A DNA stretch of 64,000 bases from assembly GCA_002269645.1 (NCBI GenBank), contig NIVC01003311.1:1-64000 (forward strand), written 5' to 3'. Below the pieces are notes generated by a model, which was given only the letters and a program-made list of their open reading frames with translations, was not told the origin of the DNA and searched no databases. Positions 17,325-35,873 of the stretch are shown here, one piece after another. The DNA comes from Macrostomum lignano. Taxonomy: Eukaryota. Position 1 is the stretch's first letter, and each line of letters begins with the position of its first letter. The position numbers were made by a program, and so were the translations under genes.

Positions 17325-17905
17325 TGTCTAACGCATATGAGTCTCTGTCTAACACCTGTAAATATTAGCCTTACACTTATCATTCTTTGTCTAAAGTAAA
17401 GCTTAGGATTCCAACACAAATGGCGTCTAACACCTATGAGTCTTTGTCTAACATCTATGAGTCTTTGTCTAACATCTATGAGTCTTTGTCTAACATCTAT
17501 GAGTCTTTGTCTAACATCTATGAGTCTTTGTCTAACATCTATGAGTCTTTGTCTAACATCTATGAGTCTTTGTCTAACATCTATGAGTCTTTGTCTAACA
17601 TCTATGAGTCTTTGTCTAACATCTATGAGTCTTCCTATAACACGTATGAATCTTTGTCTAACACCTATGAGTCTTTGTCTAACACCTATGAGTCTTTGTC
17701 TAACATTTATGGGTCTTTGTCTAACATCTGTGGGTCTTTGTCTAACACCTATGAATCTTTGTCCAACACCTATGAGTCTTTGTCTAACAATTATGAGTAT
17801 TCGTCTAACACCTATGAGTCTTTGTCTAACACCTATGAGTCTTTGTCTAACACCTATGAGTCTTTGTCTAACACTTATGAGTCTTTATCTAACATTTATG
17901 GGTCT
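17325..17905. repeat. 21 bp minisatellite (tctaacacctatgagtctttg)
   Basis: 21-nt period gives the artefactual SLSNIYE peptide repeat of ORF 17387..17956. Confidence 0.95.
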
Positions 17906-18289
17906 TTTTTTAGCACCTCAGCGATCCTAAAAATGTCCTCTTCATTTGCTAAGTAATCATTAAATTTTTAAGGGACAGACTAACTGAGAGCATTTACAAC
18001 AGTGCGGACACTGCAAGGTCAAGTCAATAATATGCTTCGGATATCAACCAACATGACACTTGTCATATGACACTTGGCTAAGCGCCAACTAACCATCGAC
18101 AGCCCTTAGTTGCAACTGGTACCACACGGGTTCTCGAGGGCCGCTCTTGTGGGGGAGGGTTCGGGCGTCGGCTGTCAACTCGACCTGGCGCCTGTGTCCC
18201 AAGCCCACAGCCGGCCTCCCGCCCCCTGATCTTGCAGAGTGTGGACCGGGGGCCTGCCGGAGCCTCGCCTGGGAGCAATCCTGGGATAA

Positions 18290-23167
<4,878 letters not shown>

Positions 23168-24164
23168 TCCTTGTGCTCTTTTACCTTGGGGTTGCGATAG
23201 GGGCCTCGCGGCCTATTCGCGGCGCCTGCGCCCCCCGTCAGTAGTAAGTAAGTAAGTAACATGACACTTACCCAAAGTTTTAATTAAACCGACTAACAAG
23301 AAAACAAGAAATTACCTGTCTCTATCACAGGTGAATTTTTATATCCCTATATAATCCAATTAATTTGGTTAGGCAGGGTAATACCTATAACATGAGGTGC
23401 AGTCTGTGCCAGCCTACAGTGGCTCACTCACCTTAGGCGAGCCGGTGAGAACCCCCCTCGGAGAAGGAACGTGTCACTTATTTAATTCAAGAAGTTTCAT
23501 GTTAGAAAGGCAGGCACAAGGTCAGGCTATCTAGGGGTGGGGGTAGAAGTTCTCCAGCTAGCTAGCAGGGTCTCCATAGGGATATATTATGCATCGCGAG
23601 AGCTGCAGATGGTAACCTGCCTGCCTGCCTATCCATCCGCCTCTTCTTACATCCCACTAATTCCTCATAAGCTACACAGTACCTGCTTTCCTCATCCCCC
23701 CCACTTTTCTTCAACATTTCGCCACCTTTTTCCTCTTCAGAGTTGCACTTTCCCTCTCGCAACTCTCTCAGCCCAGTGCCGGTTGAAGCAGGCAGAAATG
23801 AAGTTAACGGCTTTACGCTAACGTCAGCACAAAGGGGAAGACTGACTGGGAAACTTCAAAGCAGTATTAGTTGCTAGGGTCGCTTCAGCTTCCTTATTTA
23901 GTCTCAAGATCCTTTCTTCGCCCCTCTTCATCAAATAGCTTTAGACCTCATTCTACTTTTTTGTTTCATAGGCATATTTTTGTTAACTGTACAAAATTAT
24001 AGCTTGAATACCAAATTAATAACTTAATCAGCTAAACGGTGAACACAATTCTATCTAATTAAAAAATTTTTTTATACCAGCTCGCATCTCGCTGGGGTTG
24101 GCTAGAGGTACCAATAGTTAGGCTGTGCTAGGGTAGGTATAGGGTTATAAAAGGTTTTGAGAAG

Positions 24165-24860
24165 GGTTTTGAGAAGGGTTGGGGGTTTAGAAGTGTTTTA
24201 GGAAGGGTTGAGATACTGAGAAGGGTTTTGGGAAGGGTTAAGAGATTGAGAAGGGTTTCGAGAAGGGTTGAGATACTGAGAAGGGTTTCGGGAAGGGTTG
24301 AGATACTGAGAAGGGTTTCGGGAAGGGTTGAGATACTGAGAAGGGTTTTGGGAAGGGTTAAGAGATTGAGAAGGGTTTCGAGAAGGGTTGAGATACTGAG
24401 AAGGGTTTCGAGAAGAGTTGAGATACTGAGAAGGGTTTCGGGAAGGGTTGAGATACTGAGAAGGGTTTTGGGAAGGGTTAAGAGATTGAGAAGGGTTTCG
24501 AGAAGGGTTGAGATACTGAGAAGGGTTTTGGGAAGGGTTAAGAGATTGAGAAGGGTTTCGAGAAGGGTTGAGATACTGAGAAGGGTTTCGGGAAGGGTTG
24601 AGAGATTGAGAAGGGTTTCGGGAAGGGTTGAGATACTGAGAAGGGTTTCGGGAAGGGTTGAGAGATTGAGAAGGGTTTCGGGAAGGGTTAAGAGATTGAG
24701 AAGGGTTTCGGGAAGGGTTGAGATACTGAGAAAGGTTTCGGGAAGGGTTGAGAGATTGAGAAGGGTTTCGGGAAGGGTTGAGAGATTGAGAAGGGTTTCG
24801 GGAAGGGTTGAGAGATTGAGAAGGGTTTCGGGAAGGGTTGAGAGATTGAGAAGTGTTTTG
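24165..24860. repeat. 30 bp minisatellite (gggaagggttgagatactgagaagggtttc)
   Basis: 30-nt period; accounts for ORFs 24128..24874 and 24228..24878. Confidence 0.95.
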
Positions 24861-25614
24861 GGTAGTGAGATCAAATAACAGGTAATAATATTTTTAGGAA
24901 ATTCAGCACACGCTAAGAAGGGCTGTGTTCAATAGTGCGGAAGATATTTGAACAGAAAGATGCATGCAGGGTGACAACCAACGGGTTTATAAAAAAATAA
25001 AAAATGAAATTTTGAAGAGAATCTCACCTGTGAAACAGAACAGTTCAATTCAGTTATGAAACATAATCGACAAATTTTATGAATTCTAACAATTATATTA
25101 ATAATTAGTCGATTAGTAACTATGAATTGAAATATTTGAGACCGTTTTTTCTGCTCCTGCAGTGGACTCACGCTGACTCAGCGAGTTGCTTTGAGTTTGC
25201 CCGGGGGATGCGCAACCCCCATAATATACGGCCTGCGCATATCTCCATCAGCCCCTTGGGTCATGATCGCTCGCCGCACCCCCGACCCAGGGCCAATCAC
25301 AGATCCACTCCCCTGCGTCAGCCCCACCTCTCCTGTGTAGGCGGAGGCTGTCCCAGAAGCTTCCTCGGTGCCTCTCTCCCGCGCTCCATCAACCCCCCCC
25401 CCACACACACACACATAACCACAATCTTTCTCTCAGCCTCTCTTCTCTCCATCTGAGCTGCTCGATTTGAAGTATGCAGTTCAGTCCTACTCGTCTCATG
25501 GATCCCCAAAGTCCCTTGAAATGTGGCAGTCTGCGGTTTTATACGCACACATACATAGATGCTTCTGAGATATGCGTAATCGTATAGAAAAATTGAAGTT
25601 TGGGAGGTAGCTGC

Positions 25615-26385
<771 letters not shown>

Positions 26386-27384
26386 TATATCTATTCATCA
26401 TTGAACTATATCTAATAAATCACAACTATATGAAATGTGGATTCATTATTGAAAGTGCTCAATGCTGAACAAAATAAACTGATATGAAAAGAAATCGAAG
26501 TGGAATTTATAGGAAAATTTTCGTTACAGTCTGTGGGGTTCCAGGCCGGCCAGCTAGAAGAGTAATGAAGTTGCGATCGCAGATCAGAGTGAGGCTGAAC
26601 TTACTGTGGGACTTTTTCTCTTGCTCATCCTTCCTCCTCCTGCCATAACTAAACTCCCTAAACCATTCCTGAAATCTCAGTTGCATCTCAACCACTTTCC
26701 CCATGATCTGCGCAGCTTCCCCCCCCCCCGCACGCTACCGGAGTTAGCAGCAGGGAAGGGGAATTCCCCGGGAAATTACCCAGGGGAATTTAGACAAGCT
26801 ACATGTAGTTAATGTCGAGAAGCCACTTGTACGAGCGCACAGCATGCAAGGTGGGGAGGCTGTATGGTATTTTAGGAATATTACTGGCATCGGGGGACTG
26901 GCAAGCGAGTTGAATGATGACGATGCTTCTACCCCACTTTGCAGCGATCCCCGCGCGTGCAGCTTCCTAGGAAGTATAGACAGTCATTCTAAACAGAAAA
27001 TCATGATTGACTCTCAAAGCCAATCTCTAAATTCTTGATTACTTGTAATGATCAATCTTTTTCCATTTCCCCTCTTTCTGGTTCACTCGATCGAGCAGTG
27101 CTCAAAGAGGAGCAATTGCTTCTCTGTTGATATTATCTCCTCGAGTTCGAGATGTAGATGAAGAGGGACACGAGAAACATTTTTTATTGCATTTAAGCTG
27201 GCAACGAAGTCATGCCCCCCCCCAGGCCGTGCTTTTGAGTAAATTGGTTTAGACTAGATGGGGAGGAGAGTCCATGGACTGAGTTTGCATGGCTGCATGC
27301 ATTTGGTTGCAAGGCTTGTATGGCTGTTGGATACTTCGCTTGGCTGCTCACAGTGCATTAACAGTGTACACTTTTGCATGGCCT

Positions 27385-28240
27385 TCATTAGAAATTCCCC
27401 TCATCAGTAATTATAATCATTAGGAATTCCCATCGTTAGAAATTCCCCTCATCAGTAATTATGCTCATTAGGAATTCCCATCGTTAGAAATTCCCCTCAT
27501 CAGTAATTATGCTCATTAGGAATTCCCATCGTTAGAAATTCCCCTCATCAGTAATTATGCTCATTAGGAATTCCCTTCGTTAGAAATTCCCCTCATCAGT
27601 AATTATGCTCATTAGGAATTCCCTTCGTTAGAAATTCCCCTCATCAGTAATTATGATCATTAGGAATTCCCTTCGTTAGAAATTTCTCTCATCAGTAATT
27701 ATGCTCATTAGGAATTCCCTTCGTTAGAAATTCCCCTCATCAGTAATTATAATCATTAGGAATTCCCTTCGTTAGAAATTCCCCTCATCAGAAATTATGC
27801 TCATTAGGAATTCCCTTCGTTAGAAATTCCCCTCATCAGTAATTATGCTCATTAGGAATTCCCTTCATTAGAAATTCCCCTCATCAGTAATTATGCTCAT
27901 TAGGAATTCCCTTCGTTAGAAATTCCCCTCATCAGTAATTATGCTCATTAGGAATTCCCTTCGTTAGAAATTCCCCTCATCAGTAATTATGCTCATTAGG
28001 AATTCCCTTCGTTAGAAATTCCCCTCATCAGTAATTATGCTCATTAGGAATTCCCTTCGTTAGAAATTCCCCTCATCAGTAATTATGCTCATTAGGAATT
28101 CCCATCGTTAGAAATTCCCTTCAATAAAAAATCCATTCATTAGGAATTCCCTTTACTTAGGAATTCTCTTTTTCAGTATATATAGTAATTCTCCTCATTC
28201 TAGGAATTCCCTTCTTTAGGAACCCTTCATTAGAAGTTTC
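27385..28240. repeat. 48 bp minisatellite (taggaattcccttcgttagaaattcccctcatcagtaattatgctcat)
   Basis: tagg recurs at 27421 and 27469; degenerates towards the 3' end. Confidence 0.95.
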
Positions 28241-28902
28241 CTGCAGTATGAATTCGGTTCATTTGGTCGAATTCCCCTCATTAGAAATATCCCTTACAGG
28301 AATTCTGCTCATTCTGCTCAACCGAATTCCCATTCCTATTCCTATTCCTTTTATTAGGAATTCCCTCATGGTGGAAGACGAAAAATGGATTGTATCAGAA
28401 TTTTTAAGTTCGAAAAGAAATCGATGGAAGTTCAACTAAAGAAGGTAAATTTTTCAGCACGTATTTTGTTCAAAAGTCTATGAATAAACTTGGAATTAAT
28501 AATTTGTCTATGTTTATAGCTACTATATATATATTCTACGAGGAACATGTATCGATCACATACAGCTATATGAATTCTAACATTTATTTACACGTAGTTA
28601 TTCTCTGTACCACAAGCAGTGTTTTGTATAACCTTGAGATACGCTTATTTTTGCTGTAAGCTCGCTCTACTTTCATTAGAGCGTACGTGTATAGCTACAT
28701 GCATGTGAAAAGTATATCGGATTTGTCGTGCAAACAGTGACACAATTTGCCTTTACCGAGAAGACTTCTTGACAAAAATCTCAACTCAAAAAACCATTGC
28801 AACAGACATACTCTGTGAACTCACTGCATGTTGAAAAGTTCTGTTTTTAAGTCAAAATGTGACTGGGCAATCAGCGGTCAAGCGCCGGCCCTGTAACCCT
28901 GT

Positions 28903-29185
28903 TAGTGGCGGATCTAGAGTTTCATTTTTTCATTTTTGGGGCGGGGTGGCCCAAGTTTGGGGCGCCAACACGAGTATAAGGGGCGCCAATTTTTAAGCTA
29001 GGGGGCGCAAAAATGCGTGTAGGGGGCGAAAAATCAAGCTTAGGCGCGCAAAAAAAGCGTTAGGAGGCGAAAAATTGAGTTTAGGGGGCGCAAATTTAGG
29101 TTTTCGGGGGGCGCAATATGTTCTGTCAAGCTATTTTGGGGGGGGGAAGCGGTGGCGGCCGCCCCCCCCCCTAAATCCGCCCCTG
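28903..29185. mobile_element. Probable MITE (~283 bp) with imperfect 15-bp TIRs
   Basis: Left end tagtggcggatctag versus reverse complement of right end caggggcggatttag (12/15); cctgt(t) present at both flanks; internal ggggcg(c)aaa subrepeats. Confidence 0.6.
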
Positions 29186-30818
29186 CCTGTTAATATCTCA
29201 TTCATTCTATGTTGAAGTTTACGCACTTTTTTTCTATTAAAAATAAATTGTTGAAATCACGCATTTATACCCAAAAAATAAATGCATTGATGCTAAGAAT
29301 ACGTGAAATATTTTTGTTTTTAGTTTATAGATTGTATAAAATTTGTTTAAACTTGGGATCTTTAAACAGCAAAAATTCAGTTTAGCGTCACTTGACATTT
29401 TTGATCAGAGCAATGCGCTCTTGGGCGTTCACTGGCCACTGGGTAAAGTGACACTTGGGCGTCCGACTTGTTGGTATGAATTCAATAATCCAAGCATGCG
29501 GTGCAGCAGCTTGTATATTATCACGGTTATATAACATTATATCCGCTAGGTCGGAAGTCCTTGTATGTTTAGTCTAGACAATTCCAATTATTTACTATTT
29601 TGGGCATTTCAGGGCATACTCGTTTTTCAAATAAGAAAATGGATGGCTCACAAAATAGGCCTAAACATAATGTTAGTTGAGGGTTGCAATCACCAATTAG
29701 GATTAGGCCTAGGCCTATGGAAAAAGCCAAAATCAAAAGAGTACCCTATGCATGAGGCCTAAACCCTTGCCATTGTTGTTGGCCTTTCTTCTCTTCTCTG
29801 CTATTCTGCTAAAAGGTTTCTGGGCTGGCACTGAATAAGAGGTATTGTAATTGTAATTTTATTGTAATTTTGTCTTGGTCTAGAATACAATGATTAATAA
29901 CATAGACTTGTCTTGTTCAACTTAGCTACCTAGTAGGTCTGTTTGAGTTTTTATGTTAGGCATTACATTAGTACATTATTATTATTAATATTATTAATAT
30001 TAGCCTTATATGATTTACACTTACTAGAAAATATGCCATGCCATTTATAATTATAGACAGTTATATCTTTTAATAAATGTGAAGATCTAGATATCCCAAT
30101 GCAAGGAGAAAATGTAGGGATTAGAAGGCAATGCAATGGGGGCATAGTTCTAGTTTACTTTGATATATTCCAACCCCCCCTACCCTTGAATAGAAGGCAA
30201 AATAATTTAATGCGATAAACTAGAAGTATACTGCAATGGGAATAGGTTAAGATTATATTATGATACATTGTAAAAAATAGGTAGATAACATATAAAAGTA
30301 GTTATAGGCTAATCTCATAAAGTTTAGTTTAAGGCTTGCTTATTATTTAATTAATATAGCTTAATTAGCAAAGTTATTAATATTAGGCCTATTAGAAAAT
30401 TTTCAATAAGATATCTGTTGTCACTTAGTATCACTTATATATTATATTATATTTATAGTTACCAAGCTCTGCCTAGACCTAATGATAAACAAAGTTAAAG
30501 CTAATGTTAACATATTTTTAAAAAATATATAAGCTATAGGGAGTATATCACTAATTAATAATAATATATAAAACTATGCATATATTACAATTTAGCACTA
30601 ATTAGTATAATAAGATATATAAATATTTAAGTAATTGATCCATATATTTGGATTTGGAATCCAAATACAAAAAGTCTCACTTTTTTAGAAATACAAATGT
30701 TTTGAATTTGGAAATTTTATTTTCTAAATATTTCAGATGCTTCCAAATACAAAAAATCTAGAAACCTAAACAAATAAAGGAAATAAAACTTCTTAAAATA
30801 AGAAAGTATATTAAAACT

Positions 30819-31114
30819 CATACATGCGCAACAGTCGGCCAAGTTGGCCGATCTGGCCGACTGATTTTGCGGCCAACCAAGAAAGTTACAAAAATGCCCA
30901 CCCAAAAAAACACTAAGTAGTAGTACTAAGTAGCTGATGAGGCATTTTGGCTTTATAAGACAGTCATAGTTACTCCTGCCATTTACCCAAAGTTGCATTA
31001 ATTTTGCTTTCGGGTTTTTTACATGTAAGTCACATTTTTGGCCAAAAACTACATCGCATTTTTGTTAAAACTAAGTCGCATGGCCAACTAAATTTTGGAG
31101 GTTGCGCATGTATG
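30819..31114. mobile_element. hAT-type MITE (296 bp) carrying a 28S rRNA-derived module
   Basis: Perfect 14-bp TIR CATACATGCGCAAC / GTTGCGCATGTATG; perfect 8-bp TSD TTAAAACT at 30811-30818 and 31115-31122. Confidence 0.88.
30925..30988 (-). other. Degenerate 28S rRNA fragment (helix 69-71, R2/I-PpoI target region), copy A
   Basis: Reverse complement GGGTAAATGGCAGGAGTAACTATGACTGTCTTATAAAGCCAAAATGCCTCATCAGCTACTTAGT resembles the conserved 28S GGGTAAACGGCGGGAGTAACTATGACTCTCTTAAGGTAGCCAAATGCCTCGTCATCTAATTAGT (recalled from memory). Not a functional rRNA gene. Confidence 0.8.
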
Positions 31115-31365
31115 TTAAAACTTTATCTGAAAAATGCAACATCTTATATTAATTTTTGCAGTAGCATGGCCTACTTAAAAGAAAGTTATAGCAATTAGAG
31201 TTAATAAACTTTGGGGCCTTTGAAGCATTGAACATGAAGTTGCAAAAACATTTTTGGTAATCATTGTTTTAATATAATCATTGGTTAGTTTTTTCAAAAT
31301 GCAAATGCATAGACTTATGAAAATAGACACAATAAAGTTGTAAAATTGCACAAATGTAATATCAG

Positions 31366-34300
31366 CAGTGTTGGGCACTTCCGTTACCGAGTAACTTGCA
31401 AATGGTAACGCAAGTTACTTTTTCGTAAAGCGTTCCTTACGCAAGTTACTTTTTTATTTTAGTAACGGAGTAACGGTAAGTTACTCAAATTTCGGAAGTC
31501 CGTTACAGTTACTTTGCAACAATCGCAATATTTAAATTAAAAACTGAAATGCTTAGCTATTACGCCGGTTGTCACATGTTTTTGCATTTTTCATTCCTAA
31601 ATTCAAAATTAAGTGAATAGTATCATATGGTATTGCGCTTAATTAATGAAGAAATACTTGAAACATGTTTTACTTTGTTAATATTGGTAAAATATTTTCG
31701 CCTTTCATTGAGGCTTTTCATATTACCAATTCCAGAATCAGAATCGGTTCGGATCTTCCAAGAAAAACAGCAGTACAACTATTTAATTCTGTTGAATGTT
31801 TGACTGCCTTAACAACCTCACTTAGCACAATTTTTCACTTTCTTCTTAGCGATTTTCATTCAATAATAAAAACTTTATAGCACGTATCTCCCTCTAGTTA
31901 TGGAGAAAAAAAGTTATACTTCACAAATTGGTTCTGGTTATGGAACCAGAACTAGCTATATGAAAAGGCCCATTTTCGTTACTAAAAATTTTCAAGTTTG
32001 ATTCAAACAAACAACCAAAGAAATGATGGGTTTCGACCTTCGGGCTCCTTGTTAGGGAAGCCTTCGGGCCTCAGGCTCAGAAATAAATCAATTAGAGACC
32101 TGGCCCCCCACTCCTGTCAGATGGTCAGCCCCATGGTAGCTTGATCGGGTGGCGAGCAGTCTAGGTCCTATAGCTAAGAGAGGGACAGCGAGAGACGAGC
32201 AGGGAGAATTTTGAAAGTAGAAGTTAGCTAATCCGCAGATCAACTAACTTGCTGCCACCAGCCCGTGCGCCCTGGCTCACCACACCGGGACTCTCGAAAT
32301 CGGGCTTCCGACTAGAAGGGGCTTTGCACTTACCTGCCAACTAGTGTCTTTTTGCTGTCAATCTCGAAGTCATAGCCGATGATAAGGGACACTGCTGGGA
32401 CTAGATCGCATTGGCCATGCAGGTACAGAGGGGACTTGTGCAGGGGATTCTTGCGGTGGCGAGTCTATGGGGTAGCTGCATGTACTATTACATTGCTAAA
32501 TACGAAGATATGTACTTTTGGCCTTCAACGCGCCAACTAGCCTTTCATAGCGCTGATGATAGACTAACTCGAACTTCAGAGACCGCGTGATTCATTTACC
32601 CGAGCCGCTTGGCTACCCTAGAGTGCACAAAGTACATCTCTGGCGCCGATTCTGCACTTCTGGCAGTGTTGCTCACTGATTTGATAGATTGGTCGACTGA
32701 GAACTGTCTTGCCATTGGTCCACTGTGACCGGCGCCTACTAGCTTAGCTACTCATCTGAGCCATCGGTGAACAAAGAAATAAAACCGATAAAAATAACTG
32801 TTAGATTTAACCTTCTCCTTAGTTCACTTCACACTTCAGATTGAATTGGAGTCTTAGACTACTAGCAGTATTATTGAATGATTTCTGCCTCAGCAGCAGC
32901 ACTACTGAACAAAATGAGCAAAAGTGTGCGCCTAATTCAGCTACTGCAACAGGGGACAGATAAGGGATCACCCAATCAAGCAAGTCTAGGTAGCCTCTCA
33001 CCCAACCAATCAGAAACTCAACAGCCGGAGACCAGGTAATCCACAGTGACCGAATCGGCTCGATGCTCTGCAGCTGTAGACTCGGGATGATGCTGTCACA
33101 ATCTTCGCTGTTAGCTAGCAGGTGATGCTCTTAACTTGATGTTCGCTGCTGATGACCGGGGGACTCGTCCTTGATGATGATGGGGGGGGGAAGTCGCAAT
33201 CCGGGGATCAAGAAACGATGGTCAGTTCCGGGCCGGTGGAGTAGGAACCAGGCCAGAGTCGGAACAGGTACCGGTCCGAGCGGGCCAAAAACACCGGTTT
33301 AAATAGCCGCCAACTGGACCGCAGTTTGTTATAATGGAACACGTCGATTCTGATTGGCTGAGCCGTTTTGTTAAAATGAGCGCCGAATTTTCTGATTGGC
33401 TAAGCTTGTTGCTACCCAGAATCACGTGACCGAGAAATCCTATCAGTTCCCACAGGGTCGTAAAAAGATGACAGGTGCGGCCATAAATCACTCAAAATCG
33501 CAACAAAATGATTTATGACTTTTCGCGTAGGATTGACGGAAATTAATGAAAAAATATACATTAGAAAGCTCTTATTAAATAGAAAGTGAAGATAATGAAA
33601 AGAAACCGCTAATCACTAAATCCCAAAGTACTTTTAGGGGTAAAACGCATAGCTGTCAAAACTGTCACACGCTTGAGTGAACCCGAACTTACCAGAGGCC
33701 AGATGGCTCTGACCTCATAAATCTTGATGGCCTGTCAAAATGATGAGAAAAAAGCTACCGCCCGCATCCTCTCAGACCATCTGGCGCCCGCCTCAATACT
33801 GAGTGAGGCGCAGGTGGCTGTCAGACCAGCTTCGAAAGCGATGATTTATGACCCAAAAAGCTGCGCCTATGTTATTATGACTACTAGTATGACCAGACAT
33901 TATATCTAGTATAAATTTTATGAAAATTCGCAGAAAAATAATAAAAATGCCTTTAGCCTGCTGTCAGTAGGCTAGTAAGTTTAGAGCCCATGTGCTAGCG
34001 CGGGATTTGGGAAAAAGTGCGTCCTCGTCAGAAAGAAATTCATCTGTAGCCTCCACAAGTCCCTCCACTGGCACTGCAGTACACTACACCATTTTATATA
34101 CAGTTCTATTTATTTTACTCTATTGAATTATTGATATTCGTATATTTTATCATTTATAATTTTAATTATTGATTGCCATTGCCCATTGGTCCTTCTACTT
34201 GCCTCACATCGTGTCGCCAATTCCTGTCTCTGTCTGTTAATCGGTTAATCCCAATGCCCAATGGCAAATTTCGGTAACAACAAAGTGAAAAAATGTGCAA

Positions 34301-34482
34301 TGTGAAAAAAGCAGAAAATTTTGTTAATAACATGGGTAACGGAAGTGAGTAACGGACAGTAACTTAAAAGTTACCAGGTTTTTGTCTAAAGTTACTAGGC
34401 TAACGTAAGTTACTTTTTAAAAATTGGTAACTTAAGTTACAGTAACGCAAGTTACTTTTTTTGAGTAACTTGCCCAACACTG
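31366..34482. mobile_element. Non-autonomous hAT DNA transposon (3117 bp)
   Basis: 12-bp TIR CAGTGTTGGGCA / TGCCCAACACTG; perfect 8-bp TSD AATATCAG at 31358-31365 and 34483-34490; dense subterminal GTAAC/GTTAC motifs at both ends; no transposase ORF found. Confidence 0.92.
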
Positions 34483-34638
34483 AATATCAGTTAGTACTAG
34501 TAATTAGAATTAGCTAGATTAGTTATATAAGGATTAAATTTGATTCAAACTGATTTACTCTTTACTAAATTTTAATTCTTGCAAGTTCACTTGAAGTTGA
34601 ACTTCACTTAAAAAGTAGACTAGTTGCCTACTTAAATT

Positions 34639-34700
34639 ACTAATTAGATGATGAGGCACTTTTGTTACTTAATGTGTCATAGTTACAGCTGCCATTTACC
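34639..34700 (-). other. Degenerate 28S rRNA fragment, copy B
   Basis: Reverse complement GGTAAATGGCAGCTGTAACTATGACACATTAAGTAACAAAAGTGCCTCATCATCTAATTAGT aligns to the same 28S segment as copy A. Confidence 0.7.
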
Positions 34701-35504
34701 TTTTGTTTTTTGTTTATATTCCAAAATATATTTGGATATTCAGCTTCAGATTTGGAATTTTTTGTATATTTGAATTTGGTTTTAGAAACTTATAAAAATT
34801 CACATTAGGTCTATCACTAGAATACACTAATAACTAAAATTAAATTGGATCTTCTATCTATGAGAATTTTTTAATATCTTGATATTGATAGTGTTAGAAT
34901 TAGCAATTTGGTTATTTTTGAAGATATTCAGTATGTCAGCTTATGTTGTTAATTATGGTTGTATTATTCTATATCCAATATAGCAAAAAGCTATTATAGG
35001 GACACTCCCTTTTTGGTAGTTTTAAAAGTAGAAAAGTAACTTGGTATTCTTATTATTTCTATTAAATCTTATAAATAAACTTTTTTATCTATAAAACTCT
35101 AATATATACAAGGAGTGTCCCAAAAGTCAGTGCAATTTCTTCACTACAGCTTTTTCTGACCAATCAGAAATATTTATTATGTAGCAGTTAACAAGCAATT
35201 GTCTGCCCATTAAAATGACTTTCTATTTATTTCTGTATCTGCTGGCATTCTTGAGATATGAGCACTTTTCTGCCCCAACCCCTGTGCTACTTCTACAAAT
35301 TGCCATAGACCAAAGCTTTGTACCTGATGCATGAAACAAAAAACATTAAACAAACCAATAAAACACCCGCAACATGAAAGCTAAGGAAAGAACAGCTAAA
35401 AGTTAATCATCAAAATTGTCCTGAGACTTCTCCACATAGTTACCACTGCGCTGCACACTGCCATTGGCTGTGCATGTCATATTTATTATAAGTTTCATGT
35501 TTCT

Positions 35505-35810
35505 AATGTGTTACATAAAGGAATCCCATAAGGTTTCTGATGTGTTGGATAGGGGAATCCCATAAGGTTTCTGATATGTTGGATAGGGGAATCCCATAAG
35601 GTTTCTGATATGTTGGATAGGGGAATCTCATAAGGTTTCTGATATGTTGGATAGGGGAATCTCATAAGGTTTCTGATGTGTTGGATAGGGGAATCCCATA
35701 AGGTTTCTGATGTGTTGATTAGGGGAATCCCATAAGGTTTCTGATGTGTTGGATAGGGGAATCCCATAAGGTTTCTGATGTGTTGGATAGGGGAATCCCA
35801 TAAGGTTTTT
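35505..35810. repeat. 34 bp minisatellite (ggggaatcccataaggtttctgatgtgttggata)
   Basis: aggggaatcc recurs at 35551 and 35585. Confidence 0.95.
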
Positions 35811-35873
35811 GACTTGTGAAGTTCTATTTGAGATTTACCTTGAAAGCATTGCTTATCAATAAATTTTCAGATA

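Noticed and set aside
18076-18170. Possible HDV-like ribozyme at the LINE 5' end (ggctaag can pair with cttagtt)
   Set aside because: The required P3/L3 and P1.1 elements could not be formed from the 22-nt intervening sequence; a covariance-model search would be needed.
25115-25125. agtaactatga, a possible fourth 28S module
   Set aside because: Only 11 nt match in AT-rich DNA, and the flanks do not extend the alignment.
33730-33815. Possible C/D snoRNA (ATGATGA...CTGA) inside the hAT element
   Set aside because: The terminal stem is poorly placed, no rRNA-complementary guide was recognised, and it lies within a transposon.
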